From Macrostomum lignano (taxonomy: Eukaryota): 64,000 nt of DNA. The stretch spans positions 1 through 64,000 of the forward strand of contig NIVC01002874.1 of assembly GCA_002269645.1 (NCBI GenBank), given 5' to 3'. The notes below the pieces were generated by a model, which was not told the origin of the DNA, made no database searches, and saw only the letters and a program-made list of their open reading frames with translations. The position numbers and the translations under genes were made by a program. Of this stretch, positions 13,331 to 26,010 are shown piece after piece; position 1 is the stretch's first letter; every line of letters begins with the position of its first letter.

Positions 13331-13624
13331 CTCTCTCCTTACTGCTCTCTAATTGGCTGAGCTAGATTGGGCCTGCACCCTAGACTTGGTTTCGTCCGTC
13401 TGAATTCGACCTCTCTCCTTACTGCTCTCTGATTGGCTGAGCCAGATTGGGCCTGTCCTCTAGACTGGGTTTCGTCCGTCTGAATTCGACCTCTCTCCTT
13501 ACTGCTCTCTGATTGGCTGAGCTAGATTGGACCTGCCCCCCTAGACTTGGTTTCGTCCGTCTGAATTCGACCTCTCTCCTTACTGCTCTCTGATTGGCTG
13601 AGCTAGATTGGACCTGCACCCTAG
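13331..13624. repeat. 80-bp tandem repeat (~3.7 copies), each copy with two ATTGG/CCAAT motifs
   Basis: CTCTCTCCTTAC recurs at 13331, 13411, 13491 and 13572. Confidence 0.95.
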
Positions 13625-16600
13625 GCTGAGTTTCGTCTGTGTAGTTTCGAGTGCAGTTCTGTGGCAGGGGCTGTGCAGCTGCAGCGAACGGGGAGTCTCC
13701 ACTTGATGGATTTGATCTTCAACTTGACTGAAAAAGCAATACGCTCGTAAGTTTTCTTTCATACATTGGCTTTAACCTTTTTAAACTTTTTTGTTGGCAA
13801 TTGAGATACTATTCGATCAAGTCGTCCTATATGGTCAAGAGAAGCAATAAAACTGCTACCTCGGGTTTAAATTTAACAATTAAAGTAATTATGAATAAAA
13901 ACCGTTAACTAAAATGTTTGCAAAGGGTAGCAAAATACGCAAACATAATCGGCGACTTTAGCATCTCTTTACGTGTCAGCCAAATGGAAGTCGCTGGGGT
14001 CCATCTCGCCATTCTTGCTAGCCCAATGGCCACGATTACAAGAGGCCAGCTCGTCGAACACGACCCGCTTACACTGGGCATAGTCGGCGCATTTCAATGC
14101 TCGCAAGCTGACACTGTTCAAGTCTAAATATTCACCATCGGCTAATAATCTGCTTTGGATTCGAGCATTAATCCGTTTGGCAACCGGCACCGAGGCTGAT
14201 TTGTTGGCAATCTCTTCAGCCAGTTTGACTATTCGCGACAAAGCGGCTCGCTTCGACAGTCTGGAGACTCCGCCACCGTCTAGACTGTCGGTGTCGGGCA
14301 GCTGGCGCTCAGCCGGGGTGACATTCTGCGATCGGCGAATATTTTTCTTACCCTGCGGCCCGTCAATCACTTCGGCTGTGCCGGCACTGCCGTCTACTGG
14401 CCGATACCAATTGATTGACAGCACGGCGGTGTCGGGATCGGTCGAGCCGAGGCGCAGAGGGTCGCTGGTGCGGCCCAGCCAGGGATCGGCCACGAGCTGG
14501 TAGGCTGGGGAGGCCAAGCGATGCCGGAGACGGGGCAGGCGGCAGAGGAAGCCGCGGGCCATGTTGGCGTGACTGTAGCGACCGGCCACGTCTACGGACT
14601 GGGGTCGGGGCGGGTGACAGACGTTTGTGAATGGACTGTAAAATTGGTGAATCTATTTGTGAACAGATTTGTGACCACTTGTGAACAGAATGGATATTTA
14701 GATGGTGAACAGAAGGGCTATTTGGTGAACAGAATGACTAGTTGGTGAACAGAATGGCTGCTTGGTGAACAGAATGGCTGCTTGGTGAACAGAATGGCTG
14801 CTTGGTGAACGGAGTGACTACTTGGTGAACAGAATGGCGGCTTGGTGAACGGATTGGCTACTTGGTGAACAGAATGGCGGCTTGGTGAACAGAATGGCTG
14901 CTTGGTGAACAGAATGGCTATTTGGTGAACACAATAGCTACTTGGTGAACATAATAATAGCTAGTTGGTGAACCAATTGGTGAGTTTGCGAGTTGAAAAC
15001 CTATGCAACCAACAAGGCAAAAGCAAACCAACTGACCTGCAGAAACACTGGCTCAATGAAATTTGCAAGCAGGCCGCCCTGCAGGCCAACATAGTTGCAT
15101 AGCAGCAGCTTGTCGGAGCCGCAGTGCACAGCCAGACTGTTAGGATCTTCAGCCTCCTCTAAGCCGAATGTGCGCACCATTGAGCAATCGTACTTTTCGT
15201 AGCAGGCCAGCGAACCGTAACGAGACAGGTCCGGCTCCAGGACGCCGCATCTAAGGAGCGAATTATGAGGAGTGTGGTACTGTACTGAATAGGGATTTGT
15301 AAACAGCGGGATACTGAAATAGGGATTTTTACAGAGTGGGAACTGAAATAGATTTTAAGAGGATGGGATACTGAAGTGGGAATTTCTAAGACTAAAACAC
15401 TGAAATGGGATTTTAAGAGAGTGGGATACTGAGAGGGGATTTAAGAGAGTAGGATACTGAAATGGGATTATAAGAGAGTGGGATATTGAGATGGGATGTT
15501 GAGAGAGTGGGATACTGAAATGGGAATTTTAGAGAGTGCGATACTGACATACGGATTTCAAAGAATGGAAAACAATTTTTGATTTCAAAGATTTGGAGTA
15601 AAATTGAGCATAGAAAGACGCCCTACTCACTTATCGCGAAGTAGTTCCTCTTGCGAGTGCCGTCCAAGCGGGTCGCCGCCAATCGCTCCGGCGGAGTCGC
15701 CGCCGCTGTCACCTGCGGAACAGTCGCCATCAGGCGGCGAGCTGAGCAGCAGGTGCAAAGCCAGGCCGGGTTTCAAGCGCAGCCGGTCGTCGCGATTATT
15801 TGGCTCCAACCAGCGGCCCTGGCCGGAGAAGTAGGCCGACACCTCCTGGGCTAAGCGAATGCGAAAGGCCCGCTTGGCGCACACAAAAGCGGTGCTGTCA
15901 ATCACGAGCTCGCCGTAGGAGTTGTATATGTGCTCCAGCCAGTGATCGTTGACGCTGGAGCCCGTGCCCAGGGCGACCAGCTGCACTGCTGAGGATTTTT
16001 CAGGGTTTCAGTTCTACTGCACTTTGCTTTTATCTGGGATGTTTAGTCTGCGGATTTGGGATAGCGTGGCCCAGCAACTGAGGATCTGGGAGGCTGGTCC
16101 AGCAAATAAGGATCTGGGAGGCTGGCCCAGAAACTGAGGATCTGGGAGGCTGGCCCAGAAACTGTGGATCTGGGAGGCTGGCCCAGCAAATGAGGATCTG
16201 GGAGGCTGGCCCAGCAACTGAGGATCTGAGAGGCTGGCCCAGAAACTGTGGATCTGGGAGGCTGGCCCAGCAAATGAGGATCTAGGCTGGCCCAGCAACT
16301 GGGGATCTGGGAGGGTGGCCCAGCAACTGGGGATCTGGGAGGCTGGCCCAGCAACTAAGGATCTGGGAGGCTGGCCCAGCAACTAAGGATCTGGGAGGCT
16401 GGCACAGCAACTGAGGATCTGGGAGGCTGGCCCAGCAACTAAGGATCTGGGAGGCTGGCCCAGCAACTGAGGATCTGGGAGGCTGGCCCAGCAACTGAGA
16501 ATCTGGGAGGCTGGCCCAGCAACTAAGGATCTGGGAGGCTGGCCCAGCAACTAAGGATCTGGGAGGCTGGCCAAGCAACTGAGGATCTGGGAGGCTGGCC

Positions 16601-19406
16601 AAGCAACTGAGGATCTGGGAGGCTAACCCAGCAACTGTGGATCTGGGAGGCTGGCCAAGCAACTGAGGATCTGGGAGGCTGGCCCAGCAACTGAGGATCT
16701 TGGAGGCTGGCCAAGCAACTGAGGATCTGGGAGGCTAACCTAGCAACTGTGGATCTGGGAGGCTGGCCCAGCAACTGGGGATCTGGGAGGCTAACCCAGC
16801 AACTGTGGATCTGGGAGGCTGGCCCAGCAACTGAGGATCTGGGAGGCTGGCCCAGCAACTGAGGATCTTGGAGGCTGGCCAAGCAACTGAGGATCTGGGA
16901 GGCTAACCTAGCAACTGTGGATCTGGGAGGCTGGCCCAGCAACTGAGGATCTGGGAGGCTGGCCAAGCAACTGAGGATCTGGGAGGCTAACCCAGCAACT
17001 GGGGATCTGAGAGGCAGGCCCAGCAACTGGGGATCTGGGAGGCTGGCCCAGCAACTGAGGATTTAGGTTGGCTCAGCAACTGGGCATCTGGGAGGCTGGC
17101 CCAGCAACTAAGGATCTGGGAGGCTGGCCCAGCAACTGTGGATCTGGGAGGCTGGCCCAGCAACTGAGGATCTGGGAGGCTGGCCCAGCAACTGAGGATC
17201 TGGAAGACTGGCCCAGCAACTGAGGATCTGGGAGGCTGGCCCAGCAACTGAGGATCTGGGAGGCTGGCCCAGCAACTGAGGATCTGGAAGACTGGCAGTG
17301 GTGGCCTTGCAAGTAGGAATCTGAGAGGGTTCTAAGAAGGCATCTGGTAAACAGACTCTATAAGCATGGCAATACCCACGGTAAAAGTGGAACCTTAAAC
17401 TAAAAAGCGACTCACTAGGCTCCGACTGTGGCAATCGCGAATCGGACAAGAATATCGCGGCCACTTTGTCGACGCCGCCAATTTTGACATCACGAAGCAG
17501 AGCGTCCAGCTGCTTCTTGCACTGATCGGCGTAGCGATCGCCAGGGAGAGCGCCAGAGGCGGCCTGCGCGGTCATTGAGACCAAGGACGCGGCCGGAGAG
17601 GCCGAGCGATCCGCGTAGCCGCCGCCGCCGCCGCCGCCGCCGCCGCTGCCACGGGCGATGACATTCAAAGCTAGCCTGGCTGCCTCCTCCTTGGCCTTCT
17701 GCTTGGACTTGGCCTCGCCCGCTTCGTACTCGCTTGGCACTCCGTCAATTGTTAAAATAGCTAAATAGGCAAAATTTCCGCCCACCTGAACAGTTGTAGG
17801 GTTTGGGTAGGCCAGTGTGAAGGAACGCGGAGAGCTGCGAGATATGCGGGAATTCGGGGAAAGGAATGCGGGACTTCAGGGAAAAGGAATGCGGGACTTC
17901 AGGGAAAAGAAATGTAGGACTTCGGGGGAAAAGAATGTGGGACTTCAGGGAAAAGGAATGTAGGACTTCGGGGGAAAAGAATGTGGGACTTCAGGGAAAA
18001 GGAATGTAGGACTTCGGGGAAAAGAATGTGGGACTTCAGGGAAAAGGAATGTAGGACTTCGGGGAAAAGAATGTGGGACTTCAGGGAAAAGAATGTGGGA
18101 CTTCAGGGAAAAGGAATGTAGGACTTCGGGGAAAAGAATGTGGGACTTCAGGTTAAAGAATGTGGGACTTCAGGGAAAAGGAATGTAGGACTTCGGGGAA
18201 AAGAATGTGGGACTTCAGGGAAAAGAATGTGGGACTTCAGGGAAAAGGAATGTAGGACTTCGGGGAAAAGAATGTGGGACTTCAGGGAAAAGAATGTGGG
18301 ACTTCAGGGAAAAGGAATGTAGGACTTCGGGGAAAAGAATGTGGGACTTCAGGTTAAAGAATGTGGGACTTCAGGGAAAAGGAATGTAGGACTTCGGGGA
18401 AAAGAATGTGGGACTTCAGGGAAAAGAATGTGGGACTTCAGGGAAAAGGAATGTAGGACTTCGGGGAAAAGAATGTGGGACTTCAGGTTAAAGAATGTGG
18501 GACTTTAGGGAAAAGGAATGTACGACTTCAAGCTTGGGGAAAAGGAGATCCTAAACTTTGGGGAAAGGGGGATGCGGAACTTCGGGGAAATGGGGGGCGG
18601 CGGAACTTCGGGAAAAGGGGATTGCGGGACTTCGGGGAAAACGGGGATGTGGGACTTCAGGGAAAACGAGGATGTGGAACTTCAGGGAAATGGGAAACGG
18701 GCCTAGAATTGGGAATGGGAAGCGCAGCAGAAATACATTAATTAAACAAAGAATTAAAACAGCATACCCTAGGCGCCGTAGGCCTATACTCAATGCTGCC
18801 TCGCATGGCAACCGTATACTCATTAAGAATCTGATGCGGCAATTTCTGCGATCTGCCATTAATAAAGGTGCGTAGCATCTCTTGAGCAGAATCCGATTTG
18901 GACACATTGGCGTACCGAGGCATGCCATGGGCCCGGTCGGTGGCATCCAGGCTCGGCATTAGGCGCACATTTCCTGACCGCTCCGATTGGGTGCGGCGAT
19001 CGATGTACGGCTCCTGACTAGCGGCAGCGGGGCCAGGAGCAGCGGCAAACCCAGATGGAGCCGGGGTGACCTGACTATACTGCACCGGTTGCGGCTGCCT
19101 CTGCTGGCTAGCCAGTCTGTCTTCAGCCTCGCCGCCAAGCGCAGGAAAATCGGCATCGTCAGCTTGAAACTCTTGAGCCGGTTGGTTCGGCGCCAATAAG
19201 CCGAGGCTCTGCATCCGACTGCTCAGCGTCACGTGCGAATTCATTGGCAAGTTGAACACTTTTTTAATATGATTTTTTGATACCAAATGCGCCTCGTACT
19301 GCGGCCAGGCCGGTATCTGGCCGGATCGGCATACCTGGCACATGTAGGGCGGACCCTCGGATTGCAGCATGTCCTGGGTAGGCATTTCTTTATGCTGGTA
19401 ATTGAT
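13580..19406 (-). CDS. ADAR/ADAD-like protein: matrin/JAZ-type C2H2 finger + dsRBD + catalytically degenerate adenosine-deaminase domain. Exons 19406(ATG 19385)-18768, 17785-17416, 15988-15631, 15250-15037, 14598-13973 (or stop at 13969 if unspliced) and optional 13727-13580
   Basis: All junctions are GT-AG and phase-compatible. Motifs: CQVC-x13-HLVSKNH; dsRBD KLPHQILNEY...GEAKSKQKAKEEAARLAL; deaminase-fold LVALGTG, LHLLLSSPPDGD, SDK...VGLQGGLLANFIEPVFL, SINW, SRLSK, DYAQCK, GHWASK. The true start codon is uncertain. Confidence 0.88.
14660..14975. repeat. 20-bp minisatellite (CTTGGTGAACAGAATGGCTG) in ADAR-like intron 14599-15036
   Basis: About 14 tandem copies. Confidence 0.93.
15290..15570. 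repeat. Degenerate ~29-bp minisatellite (GGGATACTGAAATGGGATTTTAAGAGAGT) in ADAR-like intron 15251-15630
   Basis: About 9 diverged copies. Confidence 0.85.
16052..17296. repeat. 28-bp minisatellite (GGATCTGGGAGGCTGGCCCAGCAACTGA) in ADAR-like intron 15989-17415
   Basis: About 44 copies. It accounts for the repetitive minus-strand ORFs at 16014-17312. Confidence 0.97.
17845..18715. repeat. 22/23-bp minisatellite (GGGAAAAGAATGTGGGACTTCA) in ADAR-like intron 17786-18767
   Basis: Tandem copies with alternating variants, degenerate at the right end. Confidence 0.96.
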
Positions 19407-21550
19407 CTGCCGATACAAATACAATAATATTACTGTAAGTAGTGCGATTTCAACCGAAACTGATCAGTGGCAGAAAAATTAAAATTAATTCACTTATGCA
19501 AAATTTTAATAGAGAAAATTGATACACGTTATAAGCAAAGCCATTGCAATCGCCCTAGAATGGAAAGAAAGCATTTTTCATAAATTCAACTTGACAGTTG
19601 AAGTGTATGACTAGCTATAAAACTCAGTCTCACCCACAGAGAATAAGGCAACCACTGTTTAAAGCTTATGGTTTTATAAACTCTAAATTCAAAAAAATGA
19701 TTAACTAAAAATACAAAAATTATAATAGATAGGAAAATATGTAAAATTTATATTACCAAAATATAATAACCAATTAGAATTTAATATCCTAGACCCTATT
19801 TAATAAAGAGTATAAAAAGATACTTACTTATGGTTTTCTATTAGCTTTCATTTTTCTTAATTTCCATAATTGAAATCAACTTGTAATAATATTCAATGAC
19901 ATTTATCAGCCTGTTATTCACTAAATACAGCTAATAAAATGATACAATTAATGAGCATTAAAAGCCTCAAATTTTTAATAAGTTTTAATATGAGTATTTT
20001 CACTTTCATTGCAGGGGGCTAAAGCTCTAAAGTCCCTAGCATTGGGGATTTAAATAACAGAGTTTCAACTTTCAACACCATGTGCACATTGGGGTTGGGT
20101 GGTGGGGCTTAAGTTAAAATGAATGTTATTGCTTTCAATGTGAAGGGAGCTCTTAAGTCCCTAGAATTGGGAACTCAAGCAACAAAGACAGAAATGTTTG
20201 ACACTACATTTAGAGATTGCTAGATTGCAAATGAGGCTTCTTGGAAATCAACTGTTGAGTAGGCTATCAGCCTCAAAGAAGATCTTGCATGGTAATAATT
20301 GGATACTTTTTTACTTTAGTTACTTAAACAATGAGAAAATATGTCAGGAGAGAGAAGAGAGAAGGAAGAGAGGAGAGGGAGAAAGAAGACAGAGAAAGAA
20401 GAGAGAAAGGGAAATAAGAGAGGATTAGAGGGGATAGAAGGAAAGAGAGAGAGAAGAGAAAATGAGGCAGAAAAGGAGAATCTCACCATTAGCCTGTGCA
20501 ATCTCTGCAGCTTGAGCAGCAGCATTTTGTATAGCAGCTCAGGGTAGAAGGCCTCCAACTCCAGCCAGATGACATGGCTAACTAGTCAAAGTTGTCGCCC
20601 ATACAGTAGGTCAAAGACTGCATCAAGTGTGGCCTTGTATAGAGTCCTACTCTCAAATTTTACATATACATAAAAATTTTGACCTGAAAATATGCTTGGC
20701 ATATAATATTTGGCATGCCACAATTGCTGCGCCACACTAAATTTGGGTGCCACTGTGCCAATTCATGGCATAGCCATAGTTGCAAACAAAAAATTACTTT
20801 TTAAAATACACTTCTTGTAATTTTTAAAAAAACTAACCAAAAACAAGAAGCACTATACAATGATTACTTTATTCACTTACTATACTATAGGTTTGATATT
20901 GGCAATCCTCTACTTATGCACATTTAATTATTTTTGGAATTTTTAACTAATTTTGAACAAAGTTTTAAGTTGAACAAAGTCAATGTGGTCAAAGTTTGAA
21001 CAAAGTTGTAGTCTAAAAAGTTTCACAATTTAGGGTTAAGGTTAGGGTTAGGATTAGCAATCTCTTAGAATGCCAGTCCTTCCTACCTTAGTCCCTTTTT
21101 AAAAAATGGAGCAATTGCAGAACATTGTTATTTTTTTTAAAAATAGCCCCCTAATTAAATGTGCAAAACATAGGCATAGGAATGTTTCAAAAAGCACAAG
21201 GCACACACCCCTGTCAAGTTAGATTTTTTATATGGAAAATGCACATTATCATATACCAATTATTTTCAGAATCCTTGTTAGTACCCATTTTATAAAGTGC
21301 CACAAGCACTCATTTTGGCGCTGCAGGCACTTATTTTAGTGCTGCAGGCATTCATTTTGGTGCTGCAGGCGCTACGTTTTGTTGCCCTAAAGCAAAATAC
21401 ATTTATGCAAAGTAGCAAAAACCAAAAAAGGAAGAAGTCTATATTTTACATTTAAAATATAGAGGGGCCAGCCTTGGCCAGATACCATTACTGGCCCCCT
21501 CATTTTAAAAAGTGAAAGGGCTGTGGCCCCATTGGCCCCTGTTCCTACAC

Positions 21551-22802
21551 TGGCATTCTTTCATTTTATAATCACCTAGCACTGACCCTATGGGAGTCGG
21601 GACTTTTGTTATACGATCCCAGCCCATAGAGAACAGAAAATTGCTTTTAAAATCAAATTTCAAAATGGGACCACTTTTAAGCATATCATTTTTAAAACAT
21701 AAAATCTTGTGTCTTATAGAAGTTAGAAGCCAGTCACTTTCACTTTCGTTATATGATCATTTAAATGGTAAATTTATATATAGGCCTAGATGATTGCAAG
21801 ACAAAACTAAAAGAGCTTGTAGGTTTTGAATTATGATCACACCAGTAGTAGATTTGTATTTGAGAGATTGTATAACAAAATTGACTGGATTACTGTCCTA
21901 AATTGAAATTGTCATTGTAGAGCACTGAAATGTAGGCATACCTAGTATATTTATGGAAGGGTGTAGCTTATATCCACTTTTGTCATATGATCATTTAAAT
22001 GGTGAAATTATAAGTACATGATTGCAAGATGAAACCAAAAGAGCTTATAGATTTTGACTTACAACAATCACACTAATAGTAAAATTGTATTAGAGAGATT
22101 GTATGACAAAATGGTAAGAAATTGTTGCTATAATAGATATTTCAATCAAACAATCAATCGTAGCCTCTAATATGTCTGCAGACATTAAATTATAAGATTC
22201 ATTATAAGATTCGCAAGCATTGCCCCCTTCCCTCACTTTTGTCATACAATCATCCCTTGGTATAACACATAGGTCCAATGAACTAGGGGGATCATATAAT
22301 GAAAGTGAGTGGGGGCTAGGGGCAGCATTTGCAAATCTTATAATGAATACAATTTCATTCTTGAACTGCTCCAAGGACTGGCTGTTAAATGTGGACTGGG
22401 ACTCTATGTCTACAGAGTGACAATGATCACTTAATACAGCAATTTAGGAAATAGTAATCCATTCACTTTTGTCATATGATCCTTCTAATGCAATTCTACT
22501 AATTCAGTGATCATAATTCAAAACCTACAAGCTCTTTCAGTTTTGTCTTGTGATCATCTACATATAATTTCACCATTTAAATGATTGTATGACAAAAGTG
22601 AATATAAGCTACATGCTTTCACAACTCTGCTATGCCCACAATCCTTAAGTTGACTGAAAAGTGAGTTGCAATGATTTTTTCTTGAAAAATAAATGTGAAA
22701 CAGACTTTTTTGATAAACTAGAGTGTCTTTTCGACTCTTTTATAATGGGGATCATAAGACAAAACTTGACCTGCTTAGGGATTGTAAAATGAAAGAATGC
22801 CC
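21551..22802. mobile_element. Degenerate foldback element / ~1.25-kb imperfect palindrome with internal sub-repeats, centred near 22270
   Basis: Reverse-complement pairs: GGCATTCTTTCATTTTATAATC (~21552) with GATTGTAAAATGAAAGAATGCC (~22780); GCAAGACAAAAC...TTATGATCAC (~21796) with GTGATCATAA...TTTTGTCTTG (~22507); ATTATAAGATTCGCAAGCATTGCCCC (~22201) with GGGGCAGCATTTGCAAATCTTATAAT (~22318). No TSD was identified. Confidence 0.7.
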
Positions 22803-24100
22803 TTACACCTATGGCTATGGTGTTGGTGCGAAACTAGATTGCCTAAATAAGATATTCTATAAATAAAGTAAAACAGTAAGTTGGTCCTACTTTTACTTGC
22901 ATACACACTAACAATAATATACATTTACCAAAGGAACATGCCAGGCCCAGGCCTTCTAGACTTGCGGCTTACAGCTAATTCTACATATAGGCAAATGACA
23001 ATTATGACACATAGTCATAATGGTTAGGCCTACCAAGATGTGGCCATGGGCAACATTTTAGACATCTTGCTTATTCAATTTTCTGAGTATATGGACACCA
23101 AACTTGGTTACAAGGCTATGTACTTAACTTAATATATAGCATAAGTGTGTAGCCTATAAAACGGCTGCCTGTGCTGTGCACACAACTAACAAAGTAGGCC
23201 TGGGTTGGTACTGGTACTGGTACGTCATAAAACTGTTTAAAATGACAAAAAATGGTGGCATTTGTCGCACCCCAGAAAATAAGACTAACACAGGAATGCT
23301 TGTCAAGGTGCTGGACCAGGTATACTAGAAAAGTAAAATCTATTTAGTATTTAAGTTCAACAGTTTTTTGCTTGGCTGCAGTGAACTGTGAGTGGGAGAG
23401 TGTGACGTTGAACAAGTTAGAAAGATAGTTAGAGGTCCGGGTTGGAGGGTTAGAGTAGTACTATTTTACAGAACTATTTTACTGTTCGCGCCGGGTTAGA
23501 GAGCTCCGCGGTGCTAATTCGTCGTCATTGTGCAAATCAAATTGTGAATTACACATAGGAAATTAATCCAATCAGTAATAAAATACAGCTCAAAAGGATT
23601 AATTTTAATGAGTTTTAGACACAATTGAAAATCTTGCGATTAACACACAAAGTACATTTGTTTATTTGTAAATTGTACCTTCAGCATAACTACTGGCGGA
23701 AGGCTAACTCGCAGTAAAAGAAAAGAATTAGGTCTAATTTGCATATTTATTTACTCAATTCATTTCATTATACTCACCCATTGAATAGAGCACATCGCAT
23801 TCCAGCAATTATGTGTCCTTGCTTTTTTATCAAACTCGAATTAAAACCAATGTCTTATTGGTCATGCAGCTATATATTTTGCAGCTAGCATTGACTGATT
23901 TGCAGTGACAAAATTTAACGTCCACCTAATACCCAACAATGCCAGCAATTTTAGTCTCAGACGAAGGTCGACTTTGAAATCTGCATTTAAGTACTTAGCC
24001 ATGTATATTGTCTTTTATTCCTTAAATTCCTTAAATCAAACAAGGATATGCAGCTAAGGTGGATAATCTGATCTCTGATCGATCATGAGCTGTGACCATG

Positions 24101-24302
24101 CAGGCGCCGCGGAACAGAGGGGGGGGGGCAGGGGGGCAGCTGCCCCCTGACATTGAGTTGGGGGGGCATTGCCCTCCCTCAAATACCGTTCAACAGCATA
24201 ATTTTGCTCAAATTTTTGGTTACTGTCCAAGACAGGGTCTGGGCTTGAGTTTCGGAAACTTGGTCCTGCCCCCCCTGGCAAAAACTCGTTCCGCGGCGCC
24301 TG
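24101..24302. mobile_element. 202-bp hAT-type MITE
   Basis: Perfect 15-bp TIR CAGGCGCCGCGGAAC / GTTCCGCGGCGCCTG and an exact 8-bp TSD TGACCATG (24093-24100, 24303-24310). Confidence 0.9.
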
Positions 24303-26010
24303 TGACCATGCAAAGGCCAGGCCTGCTAATGGCGGGGCTCATTTTCTAATAAGCCCCGCAGCTATTAATATACTCTCCAATCCACGAGTTATAATAAATT
24401 GGTACTTTTTACGCATGCAAGAACGGAACAAGTACTTGATGTTGCATATGAATCGATATATTACGATCCAAATCTGAAACGTGTCACCATATCAATGTGC
24501 TCGATCATGCATTAAACTCCAAAGGCGCGCGTTTTGTCTTGTTTTAGTGTGTAGTGCTACTATAAAAACAAGTGTTTTGGAATACGCGTATCTGTGTTTG
24601 AGCTGACCATTTTCATATATTTTATTACATGTACATCAATCTCATTAACAAAAAACCAAGGAATATACAGTGGTCCTTAAAAATGGATCTTCACTGTTTT
24701 CAGGCTTAGTATACATCATACTTTTAAATTAAAAATGTTGATAAATTTTACATTAGACGTGCAGCTCAAAAGTTAGCCTTTTATAGTTTAGCCCAGCTGC
24801 CAGCTGTGCGTACGATACATGCGCATGTACAGGTAGCTTTACTAACGCAGAAAAAAGCAGACTGGCTCCCTTTGGAAAAATCTATCAAAAAGTCAGCGGA
24901 CATTAAAACTCGTACACATTTTACCTTGGAATTCATCATTGATTGCTCGATCAATCCTTACTGTAGAAATTAGTTACATGTATGATGTACCAATGAAATG
25001 ATTTACATGTACATGGTTGTTGTGTACATGTATGAAACAGTTCTATATACACAGACAGCGAAATCGACTGAAGTTTCCGGCGTTTGTTTGACGTTTCTGG
25101 CAAATGGGTACTTTTTACAGTAACGCCGACGTTTCGGCCGACAATGTCGTTTTGCTTCGGTGAACTGTAAAGATACCCTGCACCTGGCATCTGCCACCGG
25201 ACGTTGGCGGATGATGAATTTTTCACGGGGATACATGTAAACGTACTTATTTAGGCTTATACAGATACTACTTCAACTCTTCAAGTGGGTGAATGTGAGT
25301 AGTAGTGTTGTATAGTCAGTCTACAAAATTTTTATTCTTCAAACTCATGCAATTTAGTATTTAATTAACCATCTATTCGCTTTGCTCAATGTGCGCACTT
25401 ACTGTTTCTTAGTCAAAAATAGCTCAGTTTGAGAGCTGTGCAGCACTTTTTTAAAACGCTGCATAGAGCCCACCCACACTATGCATTTAAAAAAGTAAGC
25501 GTGCACACACACAATGAAACTGGGCAAATAACAATGCTCCGTCTTGGATAGTTGGAACAGAAATTAGAAATACGAAAGGCGTAGCTGCTTGCTGTTTCGA
25601 GTGGGGGCGAAAAAGAATATAAGAAGTAGAATGGCATGCTATGTATGGCTTGCAGAGGTCCAGATTGAGCCTTAACCTAGCCAACACACGAACAGGCCAA
25701 AGTATGCGGCTATGCAAATTAATACGCGAATGCAGCTCATAACTATAGAACAATGCAGTTCGCATCGGATGCCTGTGTGAGCCAGCTGCAGGGGTGCAGC
25801 CAGGATTCTTCAACTCTCTGTGCATCTATACTCGTGTTGGACAGGGCCGCGGTAAAGAGTAAATAAAAGTTGTAAAGCCTTAGTTCGGAAAGGGCCGCAT
25901 CGACGTAAAAAAACCCGACTCGATTTGAATAATCAAAGATTAGCAAAATAAAATTATCTTTGGTGCCGATCGTGGCGCACTCACCAATTAAGTTGAGCAT
26001 CTGAGCGGCA

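Noticed and set aside
13331-13624. GGACGAAAC (hammerhead-like) in the 80-bp repeat on the minus strand
   Set aside because: There is no upstream CUGANGA and no stem II.
20487-20640. Candidate upstream exon of the ADAR-like gene (CTA ATG|gtgaga, in phase with the 19406 acceptor)
   Set aside because: The donor is plausible, but the peptide is unrecognisable and no start or acceptor could be fixed. It may be UTR or chance.
21030-21057. TTAGGG-like runs here and at ~48818-48850
   Set aside because: They are too short and degenerate to call interstitial telomeres.
25125-25162. Hammerhead-like motif on the minus strand (CCGAAGC...CGACATTGTCG..CGAAACGTCGG), reminiscent of Penelope-type ends
   Set aside because: The core reads CCGAAGC instead of CUGANGA and I could not build stems I/III. 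An Infernal hammerhead search would settle it.
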